A DNA stretch of 64,000 nt from Takakia lepidozioides. Its lineage: Eukaryota > Plantae > Bryophyta. A program made the position numbers and the translations under genes. The notes under the pieces are model-generated. The model made no database searches, had not been told where the DNA came from, and saw only the letters and a list, made by a program, of their open reading frames with translations. Positions 57,040 to 64,000 of this stretch are shown here, in pieces (positions within the stretch are counted from its first letter, which is position 1; each line of letters starts with the position of its first letter). The stretch spans positions 10,664,001 through 10,728,000 of the forward strand of contig CM060731.1 of NCBI GenBank assembly GCA_030704615.1, given 5' to 3'.

Positions 57040-57245
57040 CATTCGCCGCCCACAAAAACAAAAAAACCAATGTTTGGCGCTTCGCCATGTAGCGCCTGCC
57101 CGTCGTGCGGAACGTTGCAGTCCAGAGCTCGCGCGTGCGGGGTGTATCGCGTGGCGACGCGCCGAGCATGCGGCCGCCACCAACCAACCAAAAAACAAAA
57201 TAAAAAACCAATGTTTGGCGCTTCGCCATGTGGCGCCTGTCAGTG
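57040..57245. repeat. GC-rich direct repeat, probably a transposon subterminal region
   Basis: AAAAAACCAATGTTTGGCGCTTCGCCATGT(A/G)GCGCCTG at ~57061 and ~57202. Confidence 0.65.
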
Positions 57246-58194
57246 CGCGCGGAACTGGTCCTGACGTCCTGACTCGTATGCATTCCCCTCAATAACTGGA
57301 TGCTGCTGAAATCTAAGCAGTACAGCGAATCTTGTACTCGATGATTGCGATATTGCACATCCACCCCTAATCAGCTTGTCGTTCAGCTAGTAACATGCTT
57401 GACGGCCCGGTGTCAGGGACCATGAATCATATGAAATGAAGTATGTATTCAATCAATTCGTGATAATCTAAGGATCAGATAGTTTCTAGAAGTTATACTG
57501 GTGCAATTAATAAAATAACTATGTTAGTAGATGAAGACTGGCTAACAAAGGATGCATGTAACTAAGTGCGTAGAGAGCTTCGCAAACAGTTGCCAGTTAG
57601 ATCACTTCGTAGATATACGAGTATAGTTAACAATTGATGTGATTAATGACTAAGATATTGTAATATGTTACAACCCATCTCGATTACTGTGCTGTATCAA
57701 GGTATAATCTTACTTGACAGCGGCAATCTTGGGAGCTTGCAGAAAGCTTCCAGGATCTGTTAGCTATTCTAAAGATCAAATCGCCTTCTCCAAGCAGTTA
57801 AGAACGTTCGTCTAGAAAACCTTGATATATGTGGAGGGCCGTCACCAATTCAGACGATAGCCGTGAACTCATCTTTCTGATGCACATGCATTAGTCATAC
57901 GTCCCTTCACTTCTCTCAGCTTTTGGACTCTAAGATCAATATAATTGTTTTTGGGCTCCTTGTGGAGGGCCCTATTCTCTTTCTTGTTTCATGATTTCTC
58001 TTGTCCGCGGACGTTATTAAGTACATCATTTGTCTTTGTCTCTTACAACTGTCCCTGAACTGTCTATCATCTCATCTGAATGTCAAGATAGTTACTGGAA
58101 TGTCGACCTCGACATAGCACAACTGAGCGGTGCGCTTCGCATATGATGACCTGTCTTGAAGATTTAGTATCACCACATCTATATGTATGCATTC

Positions 58195-58270
58195 ACTTGA
58201 TGACCGGATCTTGACGTCGGTGTGATCTCCAGGTCATCGGTGATCATGTACGTTGTATTCATCACAACAT
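58195..58270 (-). pseudogene. DUF674 exon-2 fragment
   Basis: NTTYMITDDLEITPTS. Confidence 0.7.
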
Positions 58271-58276
58271 ATTATT

Positions 58277-59160
58277 GTTTTACATGCTCCCAATAACTAA
58301 ACATAGACACTGTCAATAGTGGACAGACTTAGACATGTACTTAGACAAACACAAATGCACTCACACATGTGCAGAATACACAATCAGCAAGCAAACAGCT
58401 GAAGATCTACAAATCTGAGCATTACAGAATTCAATGGTCTTTGAATTAATTGTCACCAGACTAGGCTGTCCATCGTCACCTCATTACACACCTACGTAGC
58501 AGCAGGTCGAGAGCAACGTCTCTAGCTCATAAACACAAAGGCAGCAAAAACTGCAGTCCAAGAATGGCCATATGTAACATAAAAAAAACTAACTAGCAAC
58601 TAACAATCTGAAGAGAAAGTAACATGTAACAGATTATAGCCAGTAGTGCACATTGCTCACTGGTAAACTGACTACTTGATGATATCATTCAACACTCCCA
58701 CTAGTCAGTGAACCACTGGGCATTGTAGCACTGGTCAATAGGAGTGGTTACAGCATGTGCATTTTAATACCCAAACTTCTTGAGCACCTTCTAAATGTAC
58801 TTGCTCTGGTCAATTCTTATGGTCCTTGCTTCCCTGTTCCGAGTAACATGCAGCCCGACATAGATCTCTGGCAGACCTTTGGTGATGGTAAAGGCCTCTC
58901 CCATATAGGACAAGATCTCGTTTACTCTTCTAGTCTTTCCTACTACAGGCCAACCCGTCGTCGACAAATATAGTGACAAGCAGCTTGGGATTCATCTGCC
59001 CAAAATAAACGCATGAATCGGCCGAGCTGGGCACTAGATTGTATATTGTCAGAAAGGCGTTGAAACGCTTGTTCCAAACCTTGCTTGCCCGTTTTAGGCC
59101 ATATAATTTTGGTTATAGAGAACTCATCAAGATTACACTTGAGTCATCCTTCTTGACACT
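58277..59160 (-). mobile_element. Ty1/copia remnant: partial RT joined directly to PPT and 3' LTR
   Basis: YGLKRASKVWNKRF...YVGLHVTRNRE...IDQSKYI. PPT AGTGGGAG, then TGTTGAATG at 58694. Left boundary approximate. Confidence 0.75.
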
Positions 59161-59237
59161 GTAGTTACTAGTAACTACAGTGCTAGTTACTTAAGCATTG
59201 AGAGCAATGGGCTATGCTCTCTTTTAGTCCTCATGTG

Positions 59238-62200
59238 TGTTGCGCACCTCACTTCGGTAAGCTCCCCTTCAAGTCATAGTTACTCGCTTTGATGCGTGCG
59301 CTTGACTCCCAACCTGGCCGCCGGGCCAACTTGGAGCTTCGGCTGCTCACCGGGACATAACGGTCCCCCTTCGCTCTCCCACTAAACCCTCCACCTATTT
59401 GGGCCTAGTGGAATTCCCTTTGGTAGATGCAGTCGGAACAGCTCCCCACTCTTTGGTCGCTTGGTCGCTCGCTTACTGCACTAGTTTTTGGTCACCAACG
59501 GGCTTGCACCGTTCTCGGGGTCACTACTCCCCTTATATATACTTCTGTAGCTATCCGCGGGGGTTTCACAACCAGCCATGCCATTTTATGCGAACCACCA
59601 CGAAAACCCTCGACTCCCGGTGATGAGTCGCGGTGAGTCTTGGCCCCTTCACCACGGCCCCTATGGACTGTGATGAGTCCCAAGACTCCCCACGACTCCC
59701 ACCACGAGGTCTCCGCCCCCATGGTGAGTCCTATGCAACCCCCCACTAAGTCCCGCTAAGCTACCACCACCACCCCTTGTGGAGCCACCCCCACCGCAAC
59801 CTGGTGTGCGGGCTCCACCTAGTGAGCGCCTCCGCCTCCTTGAGTGCCTTGGGCACTCAAGGGTGCTTCAGCCCCCCATATCTATCGTTGCCGCCGCTGC
59901 ACCCACCACAAGGCAGCCCCTCATGTGTCCCGACCCCCTGCCCTCAAGGCAAAGGCCGCGACACACACCCCTACCAACAGGGAGTCGATGTCCTCATCGA
60001 CTTGTCATTTTGTAGAAACGAACATCCAAGTTGTGGCGTCCCACATCAAGGAGTTTGTTTCCGTACCATGGCGTCCATGGCAAAGAACCAAACCCCACAC
60101 TTGACTCTACTCTCCACTAGCTAGTTCGGCCGACTTCCTCCAAGTCCCAGCCAAGGGTGGAGCCTCTCCAGCTCCTCCCAGTGCATTCTTCTTGGCCTAC
60201 TTCAAGGCCAAGGAACGATCCTCCCTGAGGATCGAATCGTCTTACTGCAACAACATTGCTTGCGACCGCTCATGATGCCGCTTTTGGCATCACCTTGAGC
60301 AAGGGTTCCCTGGAACCCTCTTTGACTAGGAAGATAACCTTGAACCAACCGTGCGCCCCCAATCACTACAATTGGGTTCGCCTTGGAATGCTGGCCTGGG
60401 TACGGAAACACGCCGAAAGCGCACTACGACTTCGTCCCGAGCTACACGATTATAGTACGTGAAACGGAAGCACGTAGCTTCCGCGTTAGTAGCCCGCACT
60501 ACAACCCCGCCAGCGCAGTTATAGTACGCGCACGCGCCAGGTGCGCACTAGCACGTGAACTCCCAAAGAAGACGCAAGTTTCATTGCCCCTTGGATGGGG
60601 TCACCCGATTTCGGCACTACGCAAACACACGATTAACCCAATTTACCTCTCCCACTTTTATAAGCTAGCATGCATTCTACACACTAGCCAACCATACCAT
60701 GCATCACCATTCCAAACAAAATAGGACGCACAACATTTGGAAGCCATTTCATTTATAGCATGTTTTGTACAATACAAGTTTTTGCAATCGGATTCCAGCT
60801 AGCTAAACCGGGCTAAGCATGCATTTCCTCTCCACGCTCCAAGGTTGATGTCCCCCATCAACTCTTCTTCCGCTTTTGAGGTCGCCCTTCGAAAGCTGCA
60901 ACCGCCTCGGATGCGTTTTTCATTTCTGAGGCACACACCCAAGATGCCTCCACATGATGATAGCCCTTCCATTTGACGAGATACTCCGTTTCTCGGTTCT
61001 TGAACCTCCTCGACATAAGTATTGCCTCCACCTCGTACTCAGGTTCATTTTCATGATCCAACAGCATAGGTGGCGGACGCAACACTTGATGCCGATTCGG
61101 ACGTGCTTCATCTTTGAAGTAAGGCTTCAAAAGGGAGACATGGAATACTGGGTGCACTTTGATGTTTGCCGGCAGCTCCAATTCATACACATCTTCATTC
61201 ATAACCTTCCGAATGCGAAAGGGTCCCGCATACGGAGGCACGAACTTCGGACTCACTTCCGGAGGTAGTCGGAAATTCTTGATGTTCACCAGACCCTCCG
61301 TGCCTGCCTCAAACTTCACTCTCCCTCCGCTTCCGATTCGCCGCCTGCCTTTCATACCGTTTCCTAGCTTTGGCAATGTTGTACTTTGCGAGCTTCAACA
61401 AACGCTCCGTTCTTTTCCAGTACCGCCGCTACTGCCGTTCCTCAACGTCCTGGGCGGCCCAACTTGTCGACACCAGAGGTGCTTTTCCATAGACCAATAC
61501 GAAAGGGGAAACTCCCGTTGCGGAGTGTTCTGTGTTATTATAACATAACTATGCCGCGTCTAAGTGTTCCATCCAGTCTGTTTGGTCTGCCGACACGTAA
61601 TTCCGCAAGATCTGCTTCACTACGGGATTCACTCTTTTTGTTTGGCCGTCGGTCGGCCTCGTCCCCATCTTCTTCCAAAGTGCCCTCCAAAATTTACTCG
61701 TAAACTTTGGATCGCGGTCCGAGACAATATCCTTCGGGACTCCATGATGCTTTAAGACGTGGGCGAAGTAAAGTCGTCATGTTTTCCTGCCCGTTGCCGT
61801 CTCCTTGGTGGGAATGAAATGACCCATTTTACTGAACCTATCCACCACCACCATGATTGCATCGAATCCTTTTGACAGCGGCATAGCAGTCATGAAATCC
61901 ATCGAGACGCTTTCCCAAGTCCCCTCTCTGGAATCGGAAGGGTTGTAGCAGCCCCGCTTGCTTTTTGTACTCGCCTCCGGTTTTGTTGGCATATGGTGCA
62001 TGTCTTGACATACTCCTCTGCCTCCTCCCTCAGTTTGGGCCAGAAATACTCTTTCTTCAAGAGTGCCGCAGTGCGCTTGGCTCCGCCGTGGCCGCAAGCG
62101 GGCTATCATGGCATTCTCTCAAGAGGCTATCTCTGATCCCTCCCTTCGGCACGTAGAGACGCTTTTGCTTATACCGGAGCAGTCCATTTTGCAAGTGGAA

Positions 62201-64000
62201 CTGCGATTTAACCCCCATCCTCAAGTCCTGCACACGGATTTTGCCAGCTCATCCTTCCGGCAAGCCTTCCGGATCTTCCTTTGGAGCGCCGTCTCGCCCT
62301 TGTACCCAACAAAGAGCTGCTGCTTCCTACTTAAAGCATCGGCCACCATGTTGTCTCGTCCCGGTTTGTAATGGATATCCACATCGAACACCGACAAAGT
62401 ATCTTGTCACCTAAGTTGTTTTGGGGACAACTTGGGCTGCGTGGCGAAATACTTCACCGTGACATTGTTCGTGAACACCTTCACTGGGTTGGAACCAACA
62501 TAGTGGCGCTAAAGCTCAAGACAGTGCACCACCGCCTTCATCTCTTTCTCGTGCGTCGGCCACCGTCGCTCCACTTCATTCAGTTCTTACTTTCGTAAGC
62601 CACTGGACGTCCATCTTGCATCAGAACACCCCCAATCGCGAAGTCCGACGCATCTGTATGTATCTTGAACGGACGATCGAACTCCGGGATTTTCAAGACT
62701 GGAGCTTCGCGATCCACTGCTTCAATTCAGCAAAAGCTTGGCCACACAAGGTGTTCCATACCCAGACTTTGGATTTACACAGAAGGTCTGACAACGGCCC
62801 CGCGATCTTTGGAAATTTCTCACATACTTCCGGTAATAGGAGGCGAGTCCTAGGAAGGATCGCACTCCCCGGGACCGAAGTCGGAGGCTCCTAGTCCAGA
62901 TCGCCCTCACCTTTCTGTCATCCATTTTTATCCCATCTTGTAAAATCACATGCCCCAGGAACTCCACTTTTGTGACCCCAAATTCGCACTTTGAAACTTT
63001 GGCATACAACTTCCCTTCCCGCAATTTTTGGAACACCCTTTTGAGGTGCTCCAGGTGCTCCTCCTTTGTTTTCGAATACACCAAGAGTCATGTCGTCGAT
63101 GTACACGATCACAAGTCATCCAACCATTCCTGGAAAAGGTTCTTCATCAGCGTGCTAAGGTCGCGGTGCATGGTGAGCCCAAAAGGCATCACCAAGAACT
63201 CATATGAACCATACCTTTTCCTGCACGCGGTCTTCTCCTCATCTCCTTCCGCCACTCGAATTTGATGATAGCCGGAGCGCAGATCGATTCCGGCTGAAAT
63301 ACTTCGCTCCTGCCAACCGATCGAAAAGGTCGTCAATCCTTGGCAAAGGATACCGGTTTTTGATAGTCACCTTATTCAAAGCCCTGTAATCGACACACAT
63401 CCGCAGCGTCCCATCCTTCTTGTCTGCGAATAGCACCGGGGCTCCGTAAGGTAACTTACTCGGCTGGATGTACCCCTTTGACATTAGATCTTTGAGCTGA
63501 GTCTTCAGCTCGACCAACTCTCTGTGGCTCACACGGTAGGGCACCTTGGCAGGCGGTTCCGATCCCGGTATCACCTCAATCTTGTGGTCAACTCCTCTTT
63601 GCGGTGGCAAGCCGCTTGGCAAATCCTCCGCATCACATCATGGTATTTCTCCAAATCCCCTTGATCCAATCTGGGCTCGGCTCTCCATCGCCTTCTCCTT
63701 CACTTCTCTAATGTAGAGCAAAAACTGGGGCTCGTGTGCCTCCTCCACGGCCCACTCCCTTGCTGACAGAAGTTTATTCGCCCTCCCACGGGTTTGGGCG
63801 TTTCCAAACTCGTAAGACCTCGCCACCATTTCAACATGGCAGCGTGACTACCCTCTTGCGGCCATCTATGACCGCTCCGGATTTGCTCAAAAAGGTCATC
63901 CCCAAAATGAGATCCACTCCATCGATCTCGCAGATGGTGAAGTTCTCACGTCCCTCCCAACTCCCCAGTTGAAGAGGAACATCGAACGCCAACCTCGTCG
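59238..64000 (-). mobile_element. Galadriel-like chromovirus copy 2 (frameshift-riddled; runs off the window); putative LTR 59238-60823
   Basis: Collinear, high-identity reverse complement of ~470-5268, covering protease, RT, RNase H, integrase and chromodomain. Confidence 0.95.

Noticed and set aside
60860-64000. Dense frameshifts in chromovirus copy 2 as a biological hypermutation process
   Set aside because: Many are single-base changes in homopolymer runs and could be long-read assembly errors; not assessable without reads.

Overview
Eukaryotic nuclear DNA from a non-seed land plant, probably a bryophyte. This is inferred from GT-AG introns, a ciliary ZMYND12-like gene, Galadriel-type chromoviruses and half-tRNA-primed copia elements. 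Both window ends are occupied by oppositely oriented copies of one Galadriel-like Ty3/gypsy chromovirus family. Between them, from left to right, lie a LINE relic and repeats, a GH9C cellulase with CBM49 (10 exons), a ZMYND12/p38-like gene, RPS15a (uS8), a probable mTERF pseudogene, and an LRR receptor-like protein gene split in its first LRR by a full-length Ty3 element (TSD CTCAA). Further right are a TTAA-flanked piggyBac-like MITE and a ~20-kb birth-and-death cluster of DUF674 genes (2 intact, 1 C-terminally truncated, several relics) interspersed with deleted Ty1/copia elements. Leading observations: DUF674 paralogues carry 0, 1 or 2 copies of a Cys-rich module; the RLP has an acidic pro-segment ending in [10 protein letters not shown]; the interrupting LTR carries phase-compatible splice sites; a copia element has TG...TA termini; and a piggyBac-type MITE occurs in a plant. 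Exon boundaries and family names were assigned by eye; no database searches were run.
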